64,000 nucleotides of DNA from Dehalococcoidia bacterium (GCA_965219085.1 OZ244720.1:2464001-2528000), one strand, 5' to 3'; counted from the stretch's first letter, positions 36,135 through 46,200 are shown. The notes: generated by a model not told the origin, from the letters alone. Numbers and translations are program-made.

Positions 36135-37811
36135 ATGATGAAGCCGGAGCAGGCGACGGCAATCGAAGAGGCGCAGGGCGCGTGGGAAGAGGGCCCGCTG
36201 GCCAAGGTGCTGGGCCGCTTCCCCGAGCGCAGGCAGGCGTTCCAGACCTCCTCGGCGGAGGCGGAACGCGTATACACCCCGGCCGATGTCGCCGACGTCG
36301 ACTACCTCGATGACATCGGGTTCCCCGGCCAGTACCCGTTCACGCGCGGTGTGCAGCCGACCATGTATCGCGGGCGGCTCTGGACCATGCGCCAGTACGC
36401 CGGCTTCGGCACGCCCGAGGAGACCAACGAGCGCTTCCGCGAGTTGCTCGCGAACGGCCAGACGGGCCTCTCGACGGCGTTCGACCTGCCGACCCAGACC
36501 GGCTACGACTCGGACCACCCGATGGCGGCCGGCGAGGTTGGCCAGGTGGGCGTCGCGATCGACAGCCTCGCCGACATGGAGACGCTGTTCGACGACATCC
36601 CGCTGGACGGCATCTCGACGTCGATGACGATCAACGCGCCCGCGCCGATCCTCGTCGCGATGTACATCGTCGCCGCCGAGAAGCAGGGCCATCCGCCGAG
36701 CGTGATCATGGGCACCGCGCAGAACGACGTGCTCAAGGAGTATGTCGCGCGCGGCACCTACATCTTCCCGCCCGGTCCCTCGGTGCGGCTGGCCGCCGAT
36801 CTCATCAACTACTGCGCGCACGAGTCGCCGCGCTTCAACTCGATCTCCGTCTCCGGCTACCACATCCGCGAGGCGGGCTCGACGGCCGCGCAAGAGGTCG
36901 CGTTCGCGTTCGCCAACGCCTTCGCGTACCTCGACCGCTGCCTGGAGCAGGGCGCATCGATCGACGACGTGGCGCCGCGCGTGTCGTGGATCTTCAACAC
37001 GCACAATTACTTCTTCGAGGAGGTCGCGAAGTTCCGCGCGCTGCGGCGGATGTGGGCGCGCGCGATGAAGGAGCGCTACGGCGCAACCAACCCCAACTCG
37101 ATGATGTTCCGCACCCACACCCAGACCGGCGGCTCGACGCTCACCGCGCAGCAGCCGCTCAACAACCTCACCCGCTCGGCGATCCAGGCGCTCGCCGCCG
37201 TCGTCGGTGGCGTGCAGTCGCTCGCGCTGTCGTGCTACGACGAGGCGCTCGCGCTGCCGACCGAGGAGGCGCAGCAGCTCGCGCTGCGCTCGCAGCAGAT
37301 CATCGCCCACGAGACCGGCGCGGCCGACACCATCGACCCGCTCGCCGGCTCGTACTACGTCGAGTCGCTGACGAACCAGCTCGAGGAGGCCGCGCAGGCG
37401 ATCATCGACCGCGTCGAGGACATCGGCGGGGCGGTCGCTGCGGTCGAGACCGGGTACGTGCAGTCCGAGATCCAGGAAGCCTCGGTCGTCTACCAGCGTG
37501 AGATCGAGGCGGGCGAGCGCGTCGTCGTTGGCGTCAACCAGTACGTCGACGAGGACGAGAACGCGACGCCGATCTTCCGCCCGAACAGGGCGGTCATCGA
37601 CGCCCAGCTCGCGCGCCTCGCGCGCGTGAAGTCGGAGCGCGACCAGGGCGCCGTCGACGCGGCGCTGGCCGGTCTGCGCCAGGCGGCGCGCGGCGACGAC
37701 TCGATGATGGAGCCGATCCTCGACGCGGTGCGCAGCTACGCCACGCTCGGCGAGATGTGCGACGTGCTGCGCGGGGAGTGGGGCGAGTACACCCCACCGA
37801 CGGTCGTCTAA
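36135..37811 (+). CDS. Methylmalonyl-CoA mutase-family large (substrate-binding) subunit without B12 domain
   Basis: YPFTRG, RQYAGFG, AFDLPTQ.GYDSD, QNDVLKEYVARG, SGYHIREAG, DPLAGSYYVE. Confidence 0.9.
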   Translation: MMKPEQATAIEEAQGAWEEGPLAKVLGRFPERRQAFQTSSAEAERVYTPADVADVDYLDDIGFPGQYPFTRGVQPTMYRGRLWTMRQYAGFGTPEETNERFRELLANGQTGLSTAFDLPTQTGYDSDHPMAAGEVGQVGVAIDSLADMETLFDDIPLDGISTSMTINAPAPILVAMYIVAAEKQGHPPSVIMGTAQNDVLKEYVARGTYIFPPGPSVRLAADLINYCAHESPRFNSISVSGYHIREAGSTAAQEVAFAFANAFAYLDRCLEQGASIDDVAPRVSWIFNTHNYFFEEVAKFRALRRMWARAMKERYGATNPNSMMFRTHTQTGGSTLTAQQPLNNLTRSAIQALAAVVGGVQSLALSCYDEALALPTEEAQQLALRSQQIIAHETGAADTIDPLAGSYYVESLTNQLEEAAQAIIDRVEDIGGAVAAVETGYVQSEIQEASVVYQREIEAGERVVVGVNQYVDEDENATPIFRPNRAVIDAQLARLARVKSERDQGAVDAALAGLRQAARGDDSMMEPILDAVRSYATLGEMCDVLRGEWGEYTPPTVV

Positions 37812-37948
37812 CCGCCCGGTGCATCGGTAGTCGCGCCCCCGTTGCAGGGGACGCGGCGGACGCGAGGGGCGCAGGCTTGCGCCCTCGCCGCCGCACGGTC
37901 ACGATGCGGCCGTCGAACCGTGAACCCATGACACCACAGGAGGCGGAG

Positions 37949-38695
37949 ATGGCTGGAGCACTCGAGGGACAGGTGGCGGTCGTGACCGGCGGCGGTCGCG
38001 GCATCGGGCGCGCGTGCGCGATCGAACTGGCGCGCGAGGGCGCGAGCGTGATCGTCAACTACGTGTCGAACGCGGATACGGCTGAGGCCACGCGCGACGC
38101 GATCCACGAGTTCGGCGGCACCGTCGTGCTCGTCAAGGCCAACGTGTCCGACCCCGACGAGGCATCCGACGTGGTCGAGACCGCGGTCGAAGAGCTCGGA
38201 AAGATCGACATCCTCGTCAACAACGCCGGCGTGAACCGCGACCGCACCATCGCGCGGCTCTCCGTCGAGGAGTGGGACGAGGTCATCAAGACGGACCTGT
38301 CGTCGATGTTCTACTGCACGCGCGCGGCGGTGCCGCACATGCGCGAGGCGAACTACGGCCGGATCATCAACATGTCCTCGATCGTCGGGCAGATGGGCAA
38401 CGTCGGTCAGGCGAACTACGCGGCCGCGAAGGCCGGGATGATCGCCTTCACGAAGACGGCCGCGAAGGAGCTCGCGCGCAACAACATCACCGTCAACGCG
38501 GTGTGCCCGGGCTTCGTCTCGACCGACATGGTGACCGCGCTGTCAGACGAGATTCAGGACAACATCAAGTCGCAGATCCCCCTCGGCCGCTTCGGTGAGC
38601 CCGAGGAGATCGCGGCGCTGGTGCGCTTCCTGTGCACCGAGGGCGGCTTCTTCACCGGCGCGCAGCTCTCCCCGAACGGCGGCCAGTACATGTAG
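37949..38695 (+). CDS. SDR reductase, acetoacetyl-CoA reductase (PhaB)/FabG-like
   Basis: TGGGRGIG, NNAG..RD, GQANYAAAK, C-terminal NGGQYM; AGGAGG RBS. Confidence 0.85.
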   Translation: MAGALEGQVAVVTGGGRGIGRACAIELAREGASVIVNYVSNADTAEATRDAIHEFGGTVVLVKANVSDPDEASDVVETAVEELGKIDILVNNAGVNRDRTIARLSVEEWDEVIKTDLSSMFYCTRAAVPHMREANYGRIINMSSIVGQMGNVGQANYAAAKAGMIAFTKTAAKELARNNITVNAVCPGFVSTDMVTALSDEIQDNIKSQIPLGRFGEPEEIAALVRFLCTEGGFFTGAQLSPNGGQYM

Positions 38696-38696
38696 G

Positions 38697-38783
38697 GCGC
38701 TCCCCCTCGCAGGGAGCGCGGCGCGGGCGAGCCAGCCCGCGCCGCCGACTTCGGAACGCCGCCGCGCAGCACGCGGCGGCGTT
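38697..38783. terminator. Three GC-rich hairpins downstream of the SDR gene (possible terminators)
   Basis: Stems 38697-38719 (8 bp), 38718-38745 (11 bp), 38755-38783 (perfect 12 bp); no long U-tract. Confidence 0.5.
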
Positions 38784-38970
38784 TGCGTGTGACGCACGGC
38801 TGGACGGGGCGCCCGTGGTGAACGACGAACGCTGGGGGTGAGCCGGGTGCGAGCGCACGCGCACCTCGCGTTCGTGCGGCTGTAATCACCCAGCGAGACC
38901 GAGCGCCGGATCGCGACCGTCGAGGCGAGCCCGGCTGCCCCGGTGCGCTGAGCGCTGAGTATCGTGGCGC

Positions 38971-39279
38971 TCAGGCTTCGGCGGGCTCCATGAGGATCGC
39001 CTCGTAGAGCGAGACGTGCGGCGCGTCCTGCATCACGCCTTGCGTAAGCGGCTGTGCGTGCGAGCGGCGGAAGTCGTCGGACTGCGTCCAGGCGACGAAC
39101 GCGTCGCGCGACTCCCACGTCGAGTGCGAGATGTACTCGCCGGGCTGGTCGCCCTTGAGCAGCGCGAACGCCTGGTAGCCGGGCACCCCGGCCATGTAGC
39201 TGTCGCGCTCGCGCCAGGTCCGCTCGAACTCCTCCTCGCGTCCCTCGGCGATCTGGAACCGGTTCATCGCGATGAACAT
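38971..39279 (-). CDS. ABM-family monooxygenase (IsdG/HmoA-like)
   Basis: MFIAMNRF, EFE..W..R, VPG, WESRDAFVAWTQS..FR.SH. Confidence 0.85.
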   Translation of the reverse strand: MFIAMNRFQIAEGREEEFERTWRERDSYMAGVPGYQAFALLKGDQPGEYISHSTWESRDAFVAWTQSDDFRRSHAQPLTQGVMQDAPHVSLYEAILMEPAEA

Positions 39280-39395
39280 GCGTGGGCCTCACTCCCTCTC
39301 GCGCGCCGTAGCGGCGCTGCGCGGCGTTGCTCTCAGCATCAGGATACGTCGAGGTGCGGCGGGTCGCTGCGAGGCTTCGGGGGTAGGATGCCTGC

Positions 39396-40034
<639 letters not shown>

Positions 40035-40112
40035 GGCAGCGACACCTCAGTTGGGTATACTCGTCGAGCCGACTGCTCCCACCCATGCAGTTGGAAGTGA
40101 CGTAAGCAGACC

Positions 40113-40307
40113 ATGGGACCCGAAGATCACCCTCGCGACCCTGAGGCGCCCAAAGTGAGCCACCCGAACGTGGAGGAGCTCACTGAAGCTGAAATCGAAG
40201 CTCTCGAAGACGCCGAGGACCTCCGGATCGCGCGCCAACGGTCCCGCCTCGCGAAGATCGAAGGCACCGTCTCGTGGGAGTCCGTCAAGGAGAAGTACGG
40301 CCTGTAG
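40113..40307 (+). CDS. Small antitoxin-like protein (64 aa)
   Basis: LEDAEDL...GTVSWESVKEKYGL resembles the C-terminal toxin-binding segment of RelB/Phd-like antitoxins; TATACT at 40056-40061. Confidence 0.55.
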   Translation: MGPEDHPRDPEAPKVSHPNVEELTEAEIEALEDAEDLRIARQRSRLAKIEGTVSWESVKEKYGL

Positions 40308-40953
40308 CCTCCCTGGACGCTTCGCCCACATCGAGCAGCAGGTATCGGAACTCGCCGCCCGGACCTTCAGCCGGCTGCGAGTAGTGCTCCCATCGAGTGA
40401 CGTAGCGGCCGCTGAGCTCGATCGGTTGCTCGCGGTTCTTCATCGTCCCCGCGCTCGCCCCGGGACCCCACGCCAGCGCGCCGAGGACTTCGTTGCCCTC
40501 GTGCGTGCGGAACGTCCCGTCGATGGCGCCAACTCCACCTTCATTCCAGTAAGACTGTTCGTTGGTCAAGGCCGCCACGTAGCCACCCGTAGCCCACCCG
40601 TGCTCGATGAGTCTCTCGATGCGCGCAACGTCCTTCCACAAGTCGTAACGCGAGGGAGGCTGTGCACCTTGCTGCCGCAGCTCGTAGTCCTCGCCAGACA
40701 CGAAAAGGTGCGCCTCGCGCGTCCAGTACTTCAACTCGAGCACGGTCTCCGTCCCACTACCTCGCAACCAGATGTCCACGTGGCCTCGCTCGCCCTCCAG
40801 AGGCACGGGCCGCTCCAAACGCACGTCGATGTCCTGGTGGTGACCGCGCACGGTCCACGCAAGCGCGTGCTGGAAGTCAGCCTCGGAGTGGAACACGGGG
40901 CGTTCCTCCGCGAGAGCGGAGAGCGCGGCCGTGAGGTCAGCGCGCCCGATCAC
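40285..40953 (-). CDS. Putative PD-(D/E)xK nuclease-fold protein
   Basis: FHSEADFQHALAW, VRLERP, VDIW, ELKY; GTG start overlapping upstream stop. Confidence 0.65.
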   Translation of the reverse strand: MIGRADLTAALSALAEERPVFHSEADFQHALAWTVRGHHQDIDVRLERPVPLEGERGHVDIWLRGSGTETVLELKYWTREAHLFVSGEDYELRQQGAQPPSRYDLWKDVARIERLIEHGWATGGYVAALTNEQSYWNEGGVGAIDGTFRTHEGNEVLGALAWGPGASAGTMKNREQPIELSGRYVTRWEHYSQPAEGPGGEFRYLLLDVGEASREATGRTSP

Positions 40954-41342
40954 GCGTCGCCTAGGGCCACCGATGCAGTCCCGGTAAGCAGCACCGTGCC
41001 GTCCGCGGTCTCGCACCGCACCGCGTAGCTCGCCACGCCGTCCGTCACACCTCGAGGTTCCGCCGACGCCGTGACTTCGACGGGCTGGAGGGCCGGGGCG
41101 CGCCAGCGCACCTTGAGCGCGCCGCTCTCTGCCCAGCGCTGCCCGAACGTCGCGCTCATCGCCTCGGAGACGAGGGCGAGCACGAGCATGCCGTGGGCGA
41201 CGGGGCGGCCGAACTCCGTGGTCGCGGCGAAGGCCGCGTCCGTGTGGATAGGATTCGGGTCGCGCGCGGCTGCGGCGTAGCGACTCACGCGGTCATGGTC
41301 GATGAGGCGAGTGACCGGGGCGACCTCGGGTGGCGTGGTCAC
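40950..41342 (-). CDS. MaoC dehydratase
   Basis: YAAAARDPNPIH, VAHGML. Confidence 0.85.
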   Translation of the reverse strand: MTTPPEVAPVTRLIDHDRVSRYAAAARDPNPIHTDAAFAATTEFGRPVAHGMLVLALVSEAMSATFGQRWAESGALKVRWRAPALQPVEVTASAEPRGVTDGVASYAVRCETADGTVLLTGTASVALGDA

Positions 41343-41752
41343 GAGGTGGCCTCCGGGGCGGGCGCTGCGACCGTCGAGCGCCCGCGCAGCACGATGTCGC
41401 CGCCGGGCGCGGTGCGCAGCTCGATGTCCAGGGTGAGCAGCAGGGTGCCTCGGCGCTCGGAGCGCTGCGCGACGCTGACTGACGCCTCGACCAGCTCGCC
41501 GGGCGTGATGGCGTGCAGGAAGTCGAACTCCTGCCGGACGTGCAGCGCGCCCCAGGGTAGCCCCACGTGCTCCATGAACTGGCCGAGCACCCATGCGCCG
41601 GCCGCGAGGGGCGGAACCACACTGGCCCAGCGTTCGGCCGGCTCGCCCGTGGCGTCGAGGTAGGCACGCACGTCCGCTGCGTCGTATGAGATGGGCGGGA
41701 GCGGGAACTCGTCGCCCCGGGCGAGGCCGCCGAAGTCGAGTTCGATGGTCAC
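41339..41752 (-). CDS. MaoC N-terminal-type hotdog protein
   Basis: YLDATGE, VPPLA, GALHVRQEFDF; coupled to MaoC gene. Confidence 0.75.
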   Translation of the reverse strand: MTIELDFGGLARGDEFPLPPISYDAADVRAYLDATGEPAERWASVVPPLAAGAWVLGQFMEHVGLPWGALHVRQEFDFLHAITPGELVEASVSVAQRSERRGTLLLTLDIELRTAPGGDIVLRGRSTVAAPAPEATS

Positions 41753-41765
41753 CGCGGGAGCGCGG

Positions 41766-42113
41766 TCAGGCGGGCGAGGCCGCGGAGAGGTAGCGGGCGC
41801 CCCAGTGCTGAATCGGGCGCATCGCCACGTGCAACTCGCGACCGCGCGGGGTGAGGTCGTACTCCACCCAGGGCGGCATCTTGTGCACGATCTTGCGCCG
41901 CACGATGCCGAGTTCCTCGAGCTCTTCGAGGCGGTCGCGCAGCGTGCGGGCGTTGCAGCCGCCGATGCGGATGGCGAGCTCGTTGAAGCGGCGCTTCCCG
42001 CCGCCGAGCTCGTAGACGATGTGGGGTACCCACTTCTGACCGAGGACGGAGAGCATGGCCCGGATCGGGCAGTACTCGCCTTCCGGCGTATGGACGAGCT
42101 TTTCTTCCATCAC
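41766..42113 (-). CDS. HxlR-family wHTH regulator
   Basis: CPI...LG.KW...I, RRFNEL, L..RL.ELE..GIV.R, PP.VEY.LT..G. Confidence 0.92.
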   Translation of the reverse strand: MMEEKLVHTPEGEYCPIRAMLSVLGQKWVPHIVYELGGGKRRFNELAIRIGGCNARTLRDRLEELEELGIVRRKIVHKMPPWVEYDLTPRGRELHVAMRPIQHWGARYLSAASPA

Positions 42114-42167
42114 GAGCGCGTCACCCCCCGCTTCTCGTGACCTCTTCCCGTCGCTCGCACCCCGCCG

Positions 42168-42611
42168 CTAGGAGCCCTGGATGGCGGCGAGCACGTCCGA
42201 GTGGTCGCGCGCCTCCGGGATCGGGTTCTGCTTCGAGTAGGCGACGTTGCCGTTCGCGTCGACGACGACCGTGAGCCGCTCGGCGGCGCCAAGCGCCTCG
42301 TTCCAGGTGCCGTATGCCTGCGCCACCTCGCCCTTGAGGTCGGCGAGGAGCGAGTGCGAGAGGTTCTCCGCCTGCTTGAAGGCGGCGTGGGCGAAGCGGC
42401 TGTCGCGGCTGATGCCGAAGATGGTGGCGCCGGCGTCGCTCCAGCCTGAGTAGTCGTCGCGGATCTCGCACAGCTCGTTGGTGCAGATGCCGGAGAAGTC
42501 GAACGTGTAGAAGACGAGGACGACAGGTGAACCGCGCAACTCGGAGAGCGTCACCTGCTCGTTGTCTTCGTTTACCAACGTGAAGTCAGGTGCTTCCTGG
42601 CCGATCTCCAT
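42168..42611 (-). CDS. Peroxiredoxin (AhpE/BCP-like)
   Basis: APDFTL, FYTFDFSGICTNELC, GISRD, LLAD, ERLTVVVD. Confidence 0.88.
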   Translation of the reverse strand: MEIGQEAPDFTLVNEDNEQVTLSELRGSPVVLVFYTFDFSGICTNELCEIRDDYSGWSDAGATIFGISRDSRFAHAAFKQAENLSHSLLADLKGEVAQAYGTWNEALGAAERLTVVVDANGNVAYSKQNPIPEARDHSDVLAAIQGS

Positions 42612-42734
42612 CGCCACGCGCGCCTCCCTTTCAGTACGGGCTCGGCCCCGCGGGCCTCGTCCGATGTTCGCTCCTTCTACTCTACCCGCTCGGCGCATGA
42701 CCCGACTACCGGGTGCACGCTCCGACCACTCGGC

Positions 42735-44231
42735 CTACCACTCGCCCGTGGCGAGGTACTCCTCGATCGAGGCGGCGGCGACGTGGCCGTCGGCCAGAGC
42801 CGTGACCACAAGGTCCGCGCCGTTGACGTCGTCGCCGCCCGCGAAGATGCCCGGGCGGTTGGTGCGCATCGTGTCCGGGTCGACAGTGAAGCGGCCCCAT
42901 GGGTCGCGGTTCACCTCGGGGGCGACCTCGCCCCACTCCTCGTCGACGTTGTAGCCGATTGCGAGCACGAGCGCGTCGGCCGCGATCTCGAATTCGGTGT
43001 CGGGGACCGGCTCGGGGCGCGCCCGGCCGGACTCGTCGGGCTCGCCGAGCTGCATGCGCTGGCAGCGCACGCCGCTCACGGCGCCGTCGGCGTCGGTCAG
43101 GATCGCGAGGGGCGCGGTGACGTAATCGAAGATGACGCCCTCTTCGTAGGCGTGCTGGCGCTCCTCGGCGCGGCCTTGCATCTCCTCCTCGGTGCGGCGG
43201 TACACGAGGCGCACCTGCTCCGCGCCGAGGCGGACGGCGGTGCGCACACAGTCCATCGAGGTGTCGCCGCCGCCGATGACCACGACGCGGCGCATCGGTG
43301 GCAGGGGCTCGCGGAGGTGCTCCGGCAGTTCCTCCGGCGTCAGGTTGCCGCGCACGAGGAAGTCCGTGGCCGTGTACACGCCCGGCGCATCCTCGTGCTC
43401 GAAGCCGAGCCGCGAGCCGGCGATGGCGCCGACGCCGATGAAGACCGCGTCGTGGTCGCGCTCGAGGTCCTCGAACGGGACGTCCTCGCCGATGCGCGTG
43501 TTCGTGACGAGCTCGACACCCATGGCGCGCAGGTCGTCGAACTTCTGGGCGACGGTGGCCTTGTTCTGCTTGAAGTTGGGGATGCCGTAGTGGAGCAGCG
43601 CACCGGGCAAGGGCCACGCGTCGTACATCGTGACGCCGTGACCGTTGCGCGCGAGCCGTTCGGCGACGCCAATGCCGGCCGGGCCGGCCCCGATCACGGC
43701 GACGCGCTTACCGGTCGCGGGCGCGGTGGCCGTCGAGGGACCCTCGCCGTGCGTGCGCTGGTGCTCGGCGACGAACGCCTCGAGCTTGCCGATGGCGACC
43801 GGGATGCCCTTCTTGCCGACGACGCAGTCGCCCTCGCAGAGGCGCTCCTGCGGGCAGAGCCGTCCACACATCTCGGGCAACTCGCTGGTCTCGCGGAAGA
43901 TGTTGGCGGCGCCGTCGAAGTCGCCTTGCTCGAGCAGCCAGAGTGCGCCGGGGATGTCGTTGTCGACGGGGCAGGCGACGATGCAGGGCGCGGCCGGGCA
44001 CTGGATGCAGCGCACGGCCTCGGCCTTGGCGGTCTCGGGGTCGAAGAGGTGGAAGACCTCATCCCAGTTGTGGACGCGGACATCGGGCGGCTGCTTCTCT
44101 GGCGTGTTGGCCGGCAGCGTGAGGCGCGCCTTGCGATCGACCGGCGGGCGTTCGGGCTTGGCGCTGCGCGCAGGCTCGTCCGCGGGTGCGGGCGAGTCGG
44201 GCGGTTCGCTGGCGGCGGGGTCGGCGACCAT
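42735..44231 (-). CDS. GltD/SudA/NfnB-like NAD(P)-dependent Fe-S flavoprotein
   Basis: RCIQC...C...CP, CGRLCPQE.LCE..C, GAGPAG, GGGDTSMD, YRR, FAGGD. Confidence 0.88.
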   Translation of the reverse strand: MVADPAASEPPDSPAPADEPARSAKPERPPVDRKARLTLPANTPEKQPPDVRVHNWDEVFHLFDPETAKAEAVRCIQCPAAPCIVACPVDNDIPGALWLLEQGDFDGAANIFRETSELPEMCGRLCPQERLCEGDCVVGKKGIPVAIGKLEAFVAEHQRTHGEGPSTATAPATGKRVAVIGAGPAGIGVAERLARNGHGVTMYDAWPLPGALLHYGIPNFKQNKATVAQKFDDLRAMGVELVTNTRIGEDVPFEDLERDHDAVFIGVGAIAGSRLGFEHEDAPGVYTATDFLVRGNLTPEELPEHLREPLPPMRRVVVIGGGDTSMDCVRTAVRLGAEQVRLVYRRTEEEMQGRAEERQHAYEEGVIFDYVTAPLAILTDADGAVSGVRCQRMQLGEPDESGRARPEPVPDTEFEIAADALVLAIGYNVDEEWGEVAPEVNRDPWGRFTVDPDTMRTNRPGIFAGGDDVNGADLVVTALADGHVAAASIEEYLATGEW

Positions 44232-44365
44232 CGCTGCTCTCGTGCCCGGGCGGCCGTCGAGGCGGCCTGATGCGCGTGGCCCGTGCAGTGAAGTCCAGCG
44301 TAGGGGTGACGCCGCTCGCGCTCAACCGGGGTCGGGAGACCGGGCCGGCAACCTCGTCCCGGCGC

Positions 44366-45217
44366 CTACTCGAGGGCGCCCGCGGGGAGGCGCGAGCCGC
44401 GGCGTGCCGTAGCCGCGAGGGCGACGCCGAAGGCGAGCGTGGAGGCGAGCACGATGGCCGGGCTGGCGGCGACGTTGGCGTGGAACGAGGCGTAGAGCCC
44501 CACCACCGAGGCGGCGACCGAGATCACGAAGCTGATCGCGATGATCCGCGGGATGCGACGAGCGAGCAGACTCGCGGTCGCCGGCGGGATGATCAGCATC
44601 GCCGAGACGAGCACGATGCCGATCGCCTGCAGAGCCACGACGACGGCAACGGCGATCAGCACGAGCAGCGCGTACTCGAACACCGACGCCGGCACGCCGG
44701 CCGCGGCCGCCATCGCTGGGTCGTAGGCGACCATCACCATCTCGCGGTAGAAGGCGAGCACGAAGCCCACCACGAACACGGCGAGCAGCAGTTCGCCCAA
44801 CAGGTCGGACTGCGATACGCCGAGGATGTCCCCGAAGATGAACGACAGGAGGTCCGGCGTGTAGCTCGTCCGCCGCGAGATCACGAGGATGCCGAGCGAG
44901 AAGGCGGAGACGAAGAAGATGGCGATCGCGGTGTCGTAGCTGACGCGCGAGTTGGTGCGTACGTAGCCGATGCCCACCCCCGCCGCCACGGCAGCCACCA
45001 GCGCGCCGACCGCGACGCTCACGCCGTTCACGAAGGCGATCGCCACGCCCGCGAGCGTTGCGTGCGCGAGCCCGCTGCCCGATGCGGCGAGCCCCTTGTG
45101 CACGACGAACGTCCCGACAACCGATCCGACGATGCTGACGATGATGAGCGAGGCCAGCGCTCGTCGCATGAACGCGAACTCGAACGGTCCGAACAGCCAC
45201 TCGGCGAGTTCCGCCAT
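44366..45217 (-). CDS. Zn/Mn ABC transporter permease
   Basis: FMRRAL, LAHATLAG, LFGDIL-like motif, ML IIPPA.A; multiple TM helices. Confidence 0.9.
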   Translation of the reverse strand: MAELAEWLFGPFEFAFMRRALASLIIVSIVGSVVGTFVVHKGLAASGSGLAHATLAGVAIAFVNGVSVAVGALVAAVAAGVGIGYVRTNSRVSYDTAIAIFFVSAFSLGILVISRRTSYTPDLLSFIFGDILGVSQSDLLGELLLAVFVVGFVLAFYREMVMVAYDPAMAAAAGVPASVFEYALLVLIAVAVVVALQAIGIVLVSAMLIIPPATASLLARRIPRIIAISFVISVAASVVGLYASFHANVAASPAIVLASTLAFGVALAATARRGSRLPAGALE

Positions 45218-46170
45218 CAGTGGTGGTCTGCGTGGTCGTGGCGCCCGTCGTCATGGACGCCGCTGGCGCCGGCGTCGTCGAAGATCACGCCGTGTTCGCC
45301 CACGGTGATGAGCTGGCGATCAAAGGTGCGTGCAAGCACCTCTTCCGTGAGCACGTCGGCGGGTGCGCCATAGCCGTGCACGCGGCGGTTGAGGCAGCAT
45401 GCCTCGTCGCAGGCGGTGGCGACGCAGGACAGGTCGTGTGTGGCGATGAGGATGCTGCAGCCCTCGTGGGTGAGCTCATCGAGGATCCCCAGCAGATCGT
45501 GTTCCACACCCGCGTCGAGGCCCGCGAACGGCTCATCAAGCAGCATGAGCCGCGCGCCGCGGGCGATCGAGCGGGCGATCAGCACGCGCCGCCGCTGGCC
45601 GCTGGAGAGCTCGCCTACCTGGCGCTTCGAGAAGTCGGCGAGCTGGACGCGATCCAACGCCTCATGCGCGCTCTCGCGGTCCTCGCGGGACCAACGGCGG
45701 AACGGCCGCGTCCCGTTCCAGCGGCCCATCAGGACCACGTCCATGACGCTGACCGGGAAGTCCCAATCGACCTCCTCGGCCTGCGGCGTGTAGGCGACGT
45801 CGCGGCGTGTCTCGCCAACCGGCCGGCCGAAGATGCGAACCTCGCCGAGCAGCGGACGCACCACGCCGAGGATGGACTTGAAGAGCGTGGACTTGCCGGC
45901 TCCGTTCGGGCCGACGAGACCCACCATCTCACCCTCGGGGACGACGAAGCTGACGTCCTCGAGGGCGGGGGGTTTGCCCGGATAGCCCGCCCAGAGGCCG
46001 CTGACCTCGAGCGCGAGCGGACCGTGGGCATGCCCGCTGGCGAGCCTCGCCCGGGCCGGTACGTGTCCGGAGCCGTCAAGGCCCATCTCGTCGTGGAGAT
46101 GGGCGGGATCCTCGTGACCGACGGGCCCGTGCGCTCCGTGTCCGTGGTCCGCGCCGTGGTCTGCCGTCAC
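45217..46170 (-). CDS. Zn/Mn ABC transporter ATPase
   Basis: GPNGAGKST, LSSGQ, LLDEPF, THDL; His-rich termini. Confidence 0.9.
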   Translation of the reverse strand: MTADHGADHGHGAHGPVGHEDPAHLHDEMGLDGSGHVPARARLASGHAHGPLALEVSGLWAGYPGKPPALEDVSFVVPEGEMVGLVGPNGAGKSTLFKSILGVVRPLLGEVRIFGRPVGETRRDVAYTPQAEEVDWDFPVSVMDVVLMGRWNGTRPFRRWSREDRESAHEALDRVQLADFSKRQVGELSSGQRRRVLIARSIARGARLMLLDEPFAGLDAGVEHDLLGILDELTHEGCSILIATHDLSCVATACDEACCLNRRVHGYGAPADVLTEEVLARTFDRQLITVGEHGVIFDDAGASGVHDDGRHDHADHH

Positions 46171-46200
46171 GGTCGGGTCCGTTCTCCGCCGCCGCGCACG

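Noticed and set aside
36135-37811. 2-hydroxyisobutyryl-CoA or isobutyryl-CoA mutase suggested by the PhaB/PhaJ neighbours
   Set aside because: Retains Tyr (RQYAG) and Arg (YVARG) of methylmalonyl-CoA mutase rather than Ile or Phe
42168-42611. Selenocysteine peroxiredoxin
   Set aside because: Peroxidatic position is Cys (TGC); no in-frame TGA
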